NCBI GenBank assembly: GCA_965287045.1
Contig: OZ336880.1
Coordinates: forward strand, 19,220,001-19,284,000
Direction: 5' to 3'
Source of the DNA: Carcharhinus amblyrhynchos
Lineage: Eukaryota
Length of the DNA stretch: 64,000 nt
Shown here: positions 13,653 to 25,548 of the stretch, one piece after another
Position numbering within the stretch: the first letter of the stretch is position 1
Layout of the letters: the number at the start of each line of letters is the position of its first letter
Made by a program: the position numbers and the translations under genes
The notes under the pieces: generated by a model
Told to the model about the DNA's origin: nothing
Seen by the model: the letters and a program-made list of their open reading frames with translations, nothing else
Database searches by the model: none

Positions 13653-14388
13653 TGGAGAATTGATGGCGTAACTCAGGTTGAGGCTTGGCACTAGAAGATA
13701 AGTGGTTTGCAACTTCTGGCAGCATTTGTGGAGAAAAAGATAAACTTTTTGGGTCAACAGTTTTGGCAGTCATTTCTTGCTAGTTTTTACATCCATTTTT
13801 GCGACCACCCTCCACCCACTCACTTCCAAAGAATAAAATGGTGAAATCATTGCAGTGGGCTATCTACTGGACATGTCCATGTTTTTATTATTTACAATAC
13901 AATTGCCCTCCAATGCAGAGTGCTCTGTGAAGATTGGTACCGTAGTCTACAATGGCCTCAAAGTGGGAATGACTTGCTGTTCTCTTCCTTTTAACCAGGC
14001 ACACACGTCAACCAGGGAGCTGTGTGAATCTGCATTCAATATACACCATCTGTTCTGTAGGTGTCCAATGCCATTAAATGTGTTCCCTGCAGCAAAGGGA
14101 TGAGGGCCATAATTTTTCAAAAGGTTGTTCCCACTCAGCATTCATGTCATCTGGTGATGATGGCGAGGAACTTTTGCCATTTAATGATCGCTCTCTCACT
14201 ATCGGTCATGCAGATCCGTGTCCTCAAAATTCTGCAAGATCTTTGGGACAGCTGGTAAAGGGGATCTGCAGACACTGGGATCTAGTGTTCTTTAATTTCC
14301 ATTTTAGAAAATACAAAGTTTCCAGAAGCTGCAAACCACTTAACTTCTAGTGCCAAGCCTCAGCCTGAGTTATGCCATCAGTTCTCCA
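13653..14388. repeat. 67-bp inverted repeat pair (13653-13719 / 14322-14388) around a ~600 bp spacer
   Basis: tggagaattgatggcgtaactcaggttgaggcttggcactagaagataagtggtttgcaacttctgg is the reverse complement of 14322-14388 with 5 mismatches. Confidence 0.9.
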
Positions 14389-16159
14389 GCTTTTTATAGT
14401 GCCATGTGACTGACCCATAAGGTAAGCAATTCGTACATTGTAAATGTAGTCCCTAATGGGCCATTAATCCTGCTGTGCTGCAACCGGATTAATTTTTCTT
14501 GCACATATGGCAAAAGTATCATGGAAGATGAACAGAACTCAGATGACCTATTAACAATGTATGCGGATATGGAAACTGAATAGAATTTACAGTCACGTGT
14601 GCTAAGAAAGACTACATGTAATAAAGATTCTAATCACAAAGTAAATCTTGTGTTCTTACTAAGGTCTTACTAATTCTACTTTGGGTTCCTTCATTGTTTG
14701 AGCTAGAGAACAAAAAGATGTTTTATAGACTTGAGTTGCTGCAACCACTATTTACTTACAAATTTAAAGAGAAATGATGGCTTGTTTAATTATTTTCATT
14801 TCAGACAGGTTTTGGCTACAGCAGCCGTGCAATCGAAAACATCTGTACTTAACATATATATTTTAATTAGCCCTGTGAGTGATTTGAGGAAACCCATTAC
14901 TGTCAAAGCAAATATTTTCTATCAGAGATCTTTAAATAGTAATGAATGGGAAATTTACCAATTAATGATTTTGAACAGGCTGCTTTCTAAAAGTACAATA
15001 TTTCTTGACTTTAAAAGCACGATATGCCCTCTAGATTTGTTTTGTTCCCAATAGGCTAGAGATGAATTTATATAGTGCTCTGCCTGTGGGGCAATGTGCA
15101 AGAACATCATGCTTAGTAAAGATGCAGATTTCAAAAATAGACCAGTGCTTGTTTAATGTGAGCATAGATATCCAAATCTGACACCCCCCTCCCCCCCAAA
15201 TGTTTTGTTGAACACTGTTGATGGGTTAACCCTTTTGAGAACCCTTTGAACAAACTGCCTTCAGGGCAGTATTAGGATTCGCATGGATTGCTTCATTGCA
15301 CATTCACTATTCGTATGTGTCACTGCTGCTCTATTGTTTGAGGCTGTACTAAACCGACATGTTTAATAACGGAATAAATGGTGCATCTATGGGGAACTAT
15401 GGGAAAGCACATTGCTGAGAGATGCATCAAATAGTGAAGTGAACACCCAGCCAGCATAATCAGTTATTCACTGAGTTCTCCTCCTCTTACCATTGACGGG
15501 GGCAGGGAGATTCCATTTGCTGAGTGAGCGTGTATAAAATATGTACCTTTTCAAAACATGTTGAATTCTCTTCCAATCTTTCCCCACTCTCCTGCACTGT
15601 GGAGGACAAGCAGGTACAATTATATAGAGAACACCAGCAGAAGAAATGTCCTATGACATTGCACCAGAAACTTCAGCTCTTTCAGCGGTGGCATTCGTCT
15701 ATTTTTGGAGCATTTTCCCCTATATCCTATGCTATGCTCCCTGTGGTCATGAAACATCTGCGTCTCTTTCCATGGTTATCCATTAATTTGGTTTGATCTC
15801 ATTTCTTCCATAAAGAAATGAAATCAACATCATTACCCTTTCAATTTCTTTGAAACTTAATTTTGTTTCTTACGCATCCCTCTTTACATGAGTGGCGAAC
15901 TTTTGCTGGGTTAGCTTGCAAAGAAATTGCTTCGGGCAGTGGAAGTGATTCAACCCTTCCTATCGTGCCATTGTAACAGTCATCCTTCGAAGCCCAGATT
16001 TTTTCAAAGATAATCTCTTAATTCCACCTTCAACAAACCACTGCCTGTTTCATATTTCAGGTCACTGATAAATCAGTTGTACTTGAAGTGGATTCTGTGC
16101 TTTCTGTACAAACATAATGGCACTTGGGTGTAAGCTGTAGCTCAGTCATTGAATCCTTA

Positions 16160-16500
16160 TCATTATAGAATTCCTATAGTGCAGATGGAGGCCATTCGGC
16201 TCATTGAGTCTACACTAACTGTCTGACAGAATATTGTACCCAGGTCCCCTCCCTTGCCCTATCCCCAAAATCCCACACATTTACCATGGTTAATCCATTT
16301 AACCCTCACATCTTGGCGCACTGAGGGGCAATTTAGCATGGCCAACACCCCCAACCTGCACATCTTTCGGACAGTGGGAGGAAATTGGAACACCCAGAGG
16401 AAACCCACGCAGACAGCGGGAGAAGGTAGAAACTGTCACCCAAGGCTGCAATTGAATCCAGGTCCTTGGTAGTGAGAGGCTATTCTGCCACCATCTTGTC
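16160..16500 (-). mobile_element. V-SINE (HE1-like) with CR1-type tail
   Basis: Tail atagaattcctatagtgcag..ggaggccattcgg, V-domain and degenerate tRNA head. Confidence 0.85.
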
Positions 16501-16859
16501 CACGATAGCATACTTTTTGTACTGTCAGAAGATTGTGGGTTCCAGACTATCCCCCACCCTCATATGTCGCAAAAACTAAGAATCTGGTCATAGTCATATG
16601 GCTGCTTGCAAGAGCTTGCTGTGCACAAATTGGCTGGAATTTCCAACAGTACAACAGTGACCACACTTTAGAAATTCTTGTATGGTATGCAATTTCACAG
16701 CAGGCAATAGGAGTCCCTAATTTAGTTTTGGTTGTATTCATCTAAGTGCAGCCTGAAGATAATGGATTTTGTGTGTCAGGTGCATTGTAATTTGTTGCAA
16801 GTTGGGAAACTGGTTGAGGATTAACCCAACATTGACATATTTACAGAACCATATCCGCA

Positions 16860-17260
16860 AGCCAATATCAGAGCTCCTCCTCTGCAGGGCAGACCCACCA
16901 GAGGTGTGGGGACAACAGTATGCAGACAGATGACAATGGTCCTGGGAGTTCTCAACATTGACTCAGGACCCCATGAAACCTCCTGGCTACAGATCAAATA
17001 CAGGCAAGAAAACACTCCCTTAGCCATTGGGAGAAAAGACTGAAGGTATTAAAGATGCAGAATATATCAGGTTTGGGGGGAACTTCAAATTTCATCATTC
17101 ATTAGCTAAAAGAAAATTAACACCTTCATGTATGCCAGGAGGAAATAAATTGTCTTTTGTATTTTTATTCATTCATGGGACATGGACATCACTGGCTGGC
17201 CAGCACTTATTGCCCATCCATAGTTGTCCTTGAAGATGGTGGTGAGTTGCCTCATGGAAG
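16860..17260. mobile_element. CR1/L2-group LINE remnants: endonuclease fragment (+) and 3' tail (-)
   Basis: cagacccaccagaggtg..(RPTRG-like APE block). 17165-17260 matches the 3' tail of the 42590-43580 and 51695-52935 family. Confidence 0.5.
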
Positions 17261-18049
17261 CATTTTTCAAAGTTTAGTGTGAAATCTATTTTGGAATTTG
17301 AGGTTGAATTCTTTGATAGCAAAATGCAGGCAAACTATTCTTTGGAGCGCACTGCCCAAAAAAGTTTGAAAGGGTACAATGATGTCATATTATTTGGCTC
17401 TCCCAATTTATCATTGAGTGGCTTATTGGATACTACAACTATATATTGATTTTCTATTTTCTGGCGTAACTCTATGCATTAACAATAAGCACTTAGCAAC
17501 TTGAAGCTGTGTCAAATGCATTGTGGCTCTTATTGACTCTTTCATGTATCATCCAGTGCTTATTTGCTGCTTTAATACCTTGTGTAGTTTGTGATGTGAA
17601 CAGAAACTGAAGGTATTGCTGCTATTGCATGATGGAATGGGGAGGGAAGAGAGCCTGAGAACTTTGTCTAAATGCTTTGAAATTTCTGCTTGGGGTAAGG
17701 ATAGTAGCACCTACATTTCAAAAGTCATGTTGAAAATGTTAAAAATAGGCTGTAATAAATGGAAATTGCTAGAGTTCCTTGAAGATGGTTCGACACCACT
17801 GATTGCTAGCAGAACCGAATTGGCACCAATATGGTGTTGAAAGTATTGTAATAGTGCCACATAAATAAGCTTCAGAGAATGCCTTTGACTTGTGCAGAGT
17901 AGTTGGAGTGCGTGGTTTCTGCCACACACCTGTCTGCTTTCTACTAGAGAGTTAAGTGGGCATGTTGCCAAGTGGATGAGTTTATATACACAATTTCTTG
18001 CACCCCATTTGCTACTGGATTTCAAAATGTGTTTTTTTTCTTCTTCAAG

Positions 18050-18109
18050 GTTTGACTGATACTTCAGTACTGCGGGAAATTGTTGCTTCCCTATTGACGA
18101 TAGTGCCAG
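18050..18109 (+). other. Candidate upstream (5'UTR) exon, 60 nt
   Basis: Polypyrimidine acceptor gttttttttcttcttcaAG and donor CAG|GTAAGA in non-repeat sequence, same strand as PCBP. Confidence 0.45.
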
Positions 18110-18213
18110 GTAAGAATCCTGCAGAATCAAGGAACCTCCCTTATCAACAGTCAGTTGCAAAGAGAAGCTACACTTCCCAGCATAGTTTATGTACTTGAAT
18201 GACATTAGTGAAT

Positions 18214-18383
18214 CAAGAACAGTGGAAGCTGAAAAACTCAGCAAGTCTAGCAGCATCTGTAAGAAAAGAAAGCAGAGATAGTTAGTCCTTTCTCTCCTTA
18301 CAGATGGTGTCAGACCTGCGAAGTTTTTTTCCAGTATCCTCTGTTCTTGTTTCAGATTCCAGCATCAGCAGTATTTTGCTTAT
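18214..18383. mobile_element. Fold-back Penelope-like mini-element, family B
   Basis: ~60 bp inverted arms, unpaired ~34 nt tail, 14-bp TSD tgacattagtgaat (18200-18213) / tgacatgagtggat (18384-18397). Confidence 0.7.
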
Positions 18384-18527
18384 TGACATGAGTGGATGTT
18401 GTGCTTTTGTTTTAGGGTTGATGAGAACACTTGATGGATGAAAGTCCACATTACAAGATAGAAACAGCTTGACAATTCCACTTCACATTTAAAGATATAT
18501 ATTATGGATATACAAAGCCAGACTTTT

Positions 18528-18678
18528 ATTCTATTTATTAGCCACAAGTAGGATTACATTAACACTGCAATGAAGTTACTGTGAAAATCCCCCAGTTGCC
18601 ACATTCCGGCACCTGTTCGGGTACACTGAGGGAGAATTTAGCATGGCCAATGCACCTAACCAGCACGTCTTTCAGACA
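18528..18678 (-). mobile_element. Truncated V-SINE, alternative-tail subfamily
   Basis: tttattagccacaagtagg.ttacattaacactgcaatgaagttactgtgaaaatcccc block, also at ~3140, ~44135 and ~62980. Confidence 0.8.
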
Positions 18679-21600
18679 TGGAGACAAAAAGAAACTGGGT
18701 ATTGTTGGGGTGGGGTAATAGGGTGAAGTGCATTTGTCAGTAGAATAGCGAGGCATATGAATATTTTCAGATACTTTATTAGACTCCAAAATCAAATCTA
18801 ATCCATTTTGATGCACGCTTCCTGGCTAGCAGTGTTTGGCGATCATGTAGATTAAGTATTAGCTTGCACACAGCCGGTTGATGTTTAATCCAAAAGCTTA
18901 TGGTTTAAATTCTTTCTTTTTACAGGATTCTAAACAATTTCTGAAGTCCCATTTTTTAAATGTGGCTTTTCTTTCAATTTACTTTTTCAATAAGCAGGTG
19001 CTAGTTGTGTTTAGCATCCAAAGAAAATAGGTAATGCTGTTATTTGTTGGACCCCAGTTAAAATGCACATACTCACCATATATCTCTGAGCACCTCCCAG
19101 TCAATGCACAATATGCATATTATAAGTTTGTTTGAGTTCCTTAGATTGACCAGGATGGCAGGTTGAATTGGGAAAGTGGTGTGCTTAAATTATTTGAATT
19201 GATTTATTCAGATTGTCAGCATGGTTCCCAATAATAGCACTTCATCTATGAAGGGAAAAATCTAAGCTGGATTGTAAATTCGTAACATTCCTTCTGATAT
19301 TTCTGTAATCTTCAGTGGTTGTTTAACAATGTTTAAGGAAAGGATTTCTATCATAAATGTTAACATGGTTTCAGGGTGATAACCAGCTTCCACCCCCTCC
19401 CTCCCCAAACCAATATATTTACTCTTTAATTCAAGTTAAAGCATGTAAGCAGCCTGTCAATACAATCAAGTCTGCATCCATTACACTACAGCATTGCCCA
19501 TGCTGATGCATCTCCAAGGCAAACCTGAAATAAAAAGGAGGGGGCGGTTATTAAACATAGATATCAAATTACTAAGTTACTTTGCTTCTGAGAAGCAGCT
19601 GCTGCAATTCTGTTGTAGTTGATGTGGGGCCTTCCATTTTGCGCATTGAAATCAATGCTAAAGCACCCACAGGATTTATTGTACTTGCTTTACACTAGCT
19701 ATGTTTAATTTCTGTTGGAACAAATGAATATTATTGTTTTTTTTAAAAATCCAAGCAAGATACACTACGAATTTATTAAAGGACGCGTATATCAATTGAG
19801 GAGTGGTGCTTGTATAATATGTTTTAAAATTCTGAAGTTGTAAGAAGAAACGAGAATGGATATTTCAGGTTCTGATAAAAAGTGGAATCCTTAATTTTAG
19901 TGAAATGGAGAGTTTTAAAACGCCAAAGGTGTATAAAATTATCTTGAAGATTATTGCTGTAGTACTGTACTGATGAAGTGAATTTGAGAAAGGTTGCAAT
20001 GGGGGAGTGGTAATAAATTTGAGAGAGTAATCATTGGACAAAGAAAGCTTTTTCTGCATCGGCGATCTGAGATGTTTGAATCTCACCAGATTGGGAACAG
20101 TAGAAAAGTCTGATATGCTTTAAGTTTGTCACTTTTATTCTCTGGAATTAAATAAATAAATAATTGGCTTTCCACAAATGAGTACTTTTACGACATAAGA
20201 GCACTGACACATCAAAAATTCTTAAGATTTAATCTCATTACTCTACATTGTTTTCAGAAGAAAAATCACAGAGGCAACTGTCTGATCAGTACATCACACG
20301 CAATTTTCAAAGGATAATACATATCCGAGAGTGAATTTAAGGTAGTAGTACCATAATGTACTGTTTCAGTTTCATATTTGACTGTAGTGATTGTACATGT
20401 TTTTATGCCTGAAGTAAGATTGACTGTATTAAGAATCACTTGCACTTGATTATTAAAATATTCTATATCCAAGTGGCTTTATAATTTTGTATTCACAAGG
20501 TAAAATATGTTTAAAGGATATTGAAAAAATGGGGTTTTGTTTCCTGCAATAAATTTATAATTGAGTGGTGGGGTAAGGGAATGTAACTTGAAATAGATAA
20601 TTCGGGCTTATTTAGCTTATTAAATATTCCTACCAAGAAATTACCATACTGTACCTTGGGCATACACATACACTTTTTAACTAGAGAGAGAAAGCAATCC
20701 AACCGCACCATTCTTCTTTGATATATTGTCACAGGCCGAATACTGAAGTTGGAAATGTTGAACAACTTGCAACAACTGGTGTAGGCCTTGATCTTTGACT
20801 GGGATGAAACTTAAATAATTGTGTTAAAGTTCACTTCTGAGTGTCCAAGCATGAACGTGGCACCCGAACCCTGGAAGCAATGAAAGAGTTTGATCCCTAG
20901 TGTCTGACTGACTTGGGCAAACGTTATAAAAACTTGCACTCCAACCTTAAAAAGACTAATGAAGGAGGGGCTTTAGAGACTTGCATAAGGTCATTTCTTG
21001 AGCAGAACAAAAGACTTGTATTGAGCCTTTCCTCAACTTGGAAGACTCAGATGTTAACAGGCAATAAAGGACTTGTTGAAGGATAGTCAGTTTCATTATA
21101 TAGGAAATTGGCTATTCGGCATCGATTTTCCAAACGAGTGCTCCTTTCTCAGAGAGCAGAGATTGTTTGTTTGAAATTTTGCATTCTTGCGTTTGTCCTG
21201 ATTGAATGCTAGATGAAAAGCTTTGTCTCTATGCATGTCTCTATTCAAGTTCTGTGCTACCAAGTGAATTTATTTATATTGTGTTTTTAGTTAGGGTAGT
21301 GGGAAAGGAAGAATTTAAACTAAATAATAAACAAAAATATGAAGCACTTACTACCTCAAGCTTTCATAAGAATTGGGAGTAAAATAAAACATTACCTTCC
21401 ATCTCCGCACTGGATTCCCACATGCACATACCTGACTTTACCAATGTTAATGCTGCGCTCTTAATCATGAGACAGTTTAATGCTATGAGGGGTAGGAGCA
21501 TTCTGCGGAAAGCTGAGTAATGCTTGCTGATTGGCGTACCTCATCTGTAGTGGCTTTTGACAGTTTTAAAGGATTATGTTTGTGCTATAGGTAAGCAATA

Positions 21601-22535
21601 CTTCCTGCAATTGTTGGATTTTAAATATTTTTGTATTAAAGATTCAATGAGTAGGTTGCCCATTTACAAAGGAAATGAAATACTTTTGTGTCCCGTCTCT
21701 CAGAAACATCCTTGCAATGTTAATTCCAGAAATGTTATATAGAAAGTCGATTGAAATTAATTTTTCAGCAACTAAATTACATGCTATTATCTAATTTTTC
21801 TGTCATATGAAATTGTTCAGGAAATTGTTAATGTACTTCATGTCCCAAAATATATTAAGCCCTTGGTTTCCTTTGTCCAGTAATATAGGCGCAAAATGAT
21901 TCATTCCATAATATTTTGCTGATGGCAACAGCAGATGGTATTGCACACAAAAGCCGATTTAGACAGCTTTTGGGCTGGAGGAAGATGGCCATTGTTAACA
22001 TACTGAGCTGCTTGCTTTTGAGTATTGGTTTTTAACTTAGGAGGCCACAGCACAAGTATTAGAATGTGCTGGTCACTTAATGCAGCACTAGGTAGAACTT
22101 TCCATTAGTTCTCCTCCTCTATAGGACAGAAGCACACTTAACTGTTTTAGGAAATAAGCTACAGAACATAAAATACTTGGTGCAAAAGATTTTGTTCACT
22201 TGTATTAGAAATATTCAAACGTAATCTTGGTATAGTACTGACTTGCACAATGGAATTGTATGTCTGAGTTAGTCCGCTGATGTTGCTGGTGTGGAAAAAA
22301 AAGGCACGTGCCACTAATTAACTAATAGTTTTGCATTGAGTGGGTAAGTTTTTTGTGTTGCCTGCCCACAATATTGAAGCTTTATAGTGCATTGTTCTGG
22401 TTATTTTGAAAAAAGGAGCAGTGTGAACATCTAATTTATGCCAATCTTTACATCAATTAACGGAACCATCACATGCAAGATCTTTAACAAAACTTCGTAC
22501 AAATGAGACAATTGCCTTGGCTCATTTAGATTTGT

Positions 22536-23030
22536 ATGATTTTGATTTATTATTGTCACATGTATTGGGATTCAGTGAAAAATGTTGTTCCTTGCGCACT
22601 GTACAGACAAAGCATACTGTTCATAGAGAAGGAAAGGAGAGAGTGCAGAATGTAGTGTTACAGTCATTGCTAGGGTGTAAAGAAAGATCAACTTAATGCA
22701 CGGTAGGTCCATTTGAAAGTCTGATGGCAGCAGGCAAGATGCTGTTCTTGAGTTGGTTGGTATGTCACTTTCATATCTTTTTCCTGACGGAAGAAGGTGG
22801 AAGAGAGTATATCCAGGGTGTGTGGGGTCCCAGATTATGCTGGCTGCTTTTCTGAGCGGCAAGTGTAAACAGAGTCAATGGGTGGGAGGCTGGTTTGAGA
22901 GATGGACTGGGCTTCGTTCGCATTCTTTGTAGTTTCTTGCAGTTTTGGACAGAGCAGGAGCCATACAAAGTTGTGATGCAACCAGAAAGAATGCTTTCCG
23001 CTGTGTATCTGTAAAAGTTGGTGAGAGCAG
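22536..23030 (-). mobile_element. Rex1/Babar-type LINE 3' fragment
   Basis: ORFs with LTNFYRYTAESILSGCIT..YG and LRKAASII.DPTHPG..LF.LLPSGKRY, typical of the Rex1/Babar C-terminus. Confidence 0.8.
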
Positions 23031-24385
23031 ATTCGAGCAAAAAGACCCCATGATCTTTCAAGGACATGATCATCTTGTCCTTAACATATTTCTTTAAACC
23101 CAACTAGTAGTTAAATAATCCTGTTCTTTGTACTATAAGAATCACAGTATCGTAATAAATTGAGTCAGAATTTATTTTCCCAAATTAAGATTATTCTGGA
23201 ATTATTTGTCGTTTACTGTGGATTTTTGCTAACATCTGGAATTCCATTTCTTGTAGCATGATGTCGTTGACATAGAATTTGAGTGTGATGGCATCAGGGG
23301 ATTATGACTTGAATTTAGATTAATTAGTGTCTTAATTTATGCACGAGGAGACCAACTATAACAAGGATATGATGAGTTAAGTAGTGCTGTTAATGTAGTA
23401 AAAATGTCCTAAGGTGGTTTGCAGGAGCGTAAATCAAATTAAAATTGACATCAAACCACGTGACAGGTGACAAAAAGAGTTGGTCCAAGAATGCCTTAAA
23501 GGAGAGACATGGATGTGAAGTTAAATATGTATTTAGTTATTTTTCCAAGAGACAGGTAATAATTGCTGAACAGAAGTTATGTTCACGGAGTATTCTCCTT
23601 TCAAGTTCCTCTGAGCTGCCTCTTCACTACCTGACTCCTGTAATTGTTTTGAGTTTTATAACTTGTTTACCCTCGAGTGACTTGACTTTCAGTAGCCACA
23701 CAATAGAATGAGTTCTTTTCCAAAATTAGAATTAGTTCAAACTCCCTGCAAACTGTTCCAAAGGAAATCATGTGAAATAGTGATGCTGTGATGCATCTCC
23801 TGAGTATTGCAGAATAAGCTAAGTTTGTGTGTTCATTGCAGTTGGATTCTATTTTGAATATTGCATGCAGGAATTCTCTCTTCTTTATGCAGTCATGAAT
23901 TTTGATAGCCTCACCTTACCTTGATCTCTCATCTAGAATAGAAAGCCCAGACTGTGATTTAGTACATGTCCATTCACTTGAAATGAAATGAAATCTTGCA
24001 ACAGCTCTGAAGTTCTTTTTTCGGAAGGATTCTAACTACATAAGCCACATAAACGCAGTTGGGATGTGGGATCCACACTTTAAAATTGAATCTAACTTTC
24101 AAATGATTGGACCAGATATTTTTCTGTTTCTCTGGGGTTGTACCCCATTTCAAGCATCAGAATCTTTACCTTTGGGATCAGAAAAAATGTGCAGCGGAGA
24201 AACCATGACTTATTTCTGCCTGTAATATATCAAGATATTCCAATTGAGAGCTTTTTGTGTTTTTTCTCCCCTGTTCGACATTCCCTTGGCAGCTTCCTGG
24301 TTTAATCACTAGCAGAATTACACCTTCCCAATTTCCTAATATTGGCAAAATTCTGTGATATTTTCTGGTGTCCCCTCTGTTGCAG

Positions 24386-24472
24386 GCAAGAATAGGAAAC
24401 ACTGCAGCATCAGTTGGTGACAGAAAACTACCACTACGTCGCTCCCCAAATCTTAAAAAAAAAATTCAAAAG
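24386..24472 (+). other. Candidate upstream (5'UTR) exon, 87 nt
   Basis: Acceptor ttttctggtgtcccctctgttgcAG and consensus donor AAG|GTAAGT in non-repeat sequence, same strand as PCBP. Confidence 0.5.
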
Positions 24473-24929
24473 GTAAGTGGAAGCTAACAACTTGAAATTA
24501 AATAATTAAAAAGCAAGAAGTTGGTGTTTGCTTTATCAAAATCTGCTTTTAGAGCCTGAGATTTTCCTTTTGCAAGTGTTTTGTAAGCTATGCTGCTAAC
24601 AAGGGTACATACTCACTGGTATGTGTAAGAAAAAAACAATAGTATGCTAGAATCACTGCTTAGAATTCTAGAATGTGATTAGCTTTATTTTGGTCAAAGG
24701 ATTATATTTGTACATTATTCTTGGCTCAGTGGTCGCACTGGTTTTGGGTTCAGAAGGTTGAAGGTCCAAGCCCCATTCCAGGGACTTAATCAAGTTGTGT
24801 GAGCCATGAGGTCCATTAGCAGGTAGAGCAGATAGCAAATTGACATTTAGGATGAAGTTTGAGTCATCTGGCAAATTAAAATTTGCAACAGAACCAGTTC
24901 TGAATTTTACTGCTTGGTTAATTATAGAA

Positions 24930-25548
24930 ACAAAGAGGAAAGGAGCAGGAGGAGGCCATTCGGCCCTTTGAGCCTGCTCTGTCATTTATTATGATCATGG
25001 CTGATGGTCCAACTCAATAGCCTAATCCTGCTTTCTCCCCATAACCTTTGATCCCATTCGTCCCAAGTGCTACATCCAGCCTCCTCTTGAGTATATTCAG
25101 TGTTTTGACATCTACTTCCTGTGGTAATGAATTCCACAGGCTCACCACTCTTTGGGTGAAGAAATGTCTCCCCGTCTCTGCCCTAAATGGTCTACCCTGA
25201 ATCCTCAGACTGTGACCCCTAGTTTTGCACTCCCCCACCTTTGGGAACATCCTCCGTGCATCTACCCTGTCTAGCCCTGTTAGAATTTTATAAGTCTCTA
25301 TGTGATCCCTCCTCACTCTTGTCTGAACTCCAGTGAAAACAGTCCTAACCTAGTCGATCTCTCCTCATACATCTGCCCACAATCCTTGGAATCAGCCTGG
25401 CAAGCCTTTGCTGCACTCCCTCGAGAGTAAGAGCATCCTTCCTCAAAAGGAGACCGAAACTGCACACACTACTGTAGGTTGGCCTAAGTAAGGCCCTGTA
25501 TAATTGCAACAACATCTCCCTGCTCCTGTACTCAAAACCTTTCTCAAT
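24930..25548 (-). mobile_element. CR1-type LINE 3' fragment
   Basis: ORF 25014-25316 D.IETYKILTGLDRVD..RMFP..TRGHSLR..FFTQRVVSLWNSLP. Confidence 0.9.

Noticed and set aside
17711-18256. 181-aa minus-strand ORF
   Set aside because: Starts inside a repeat, has no recognisable domain and is probably a chance open frame.
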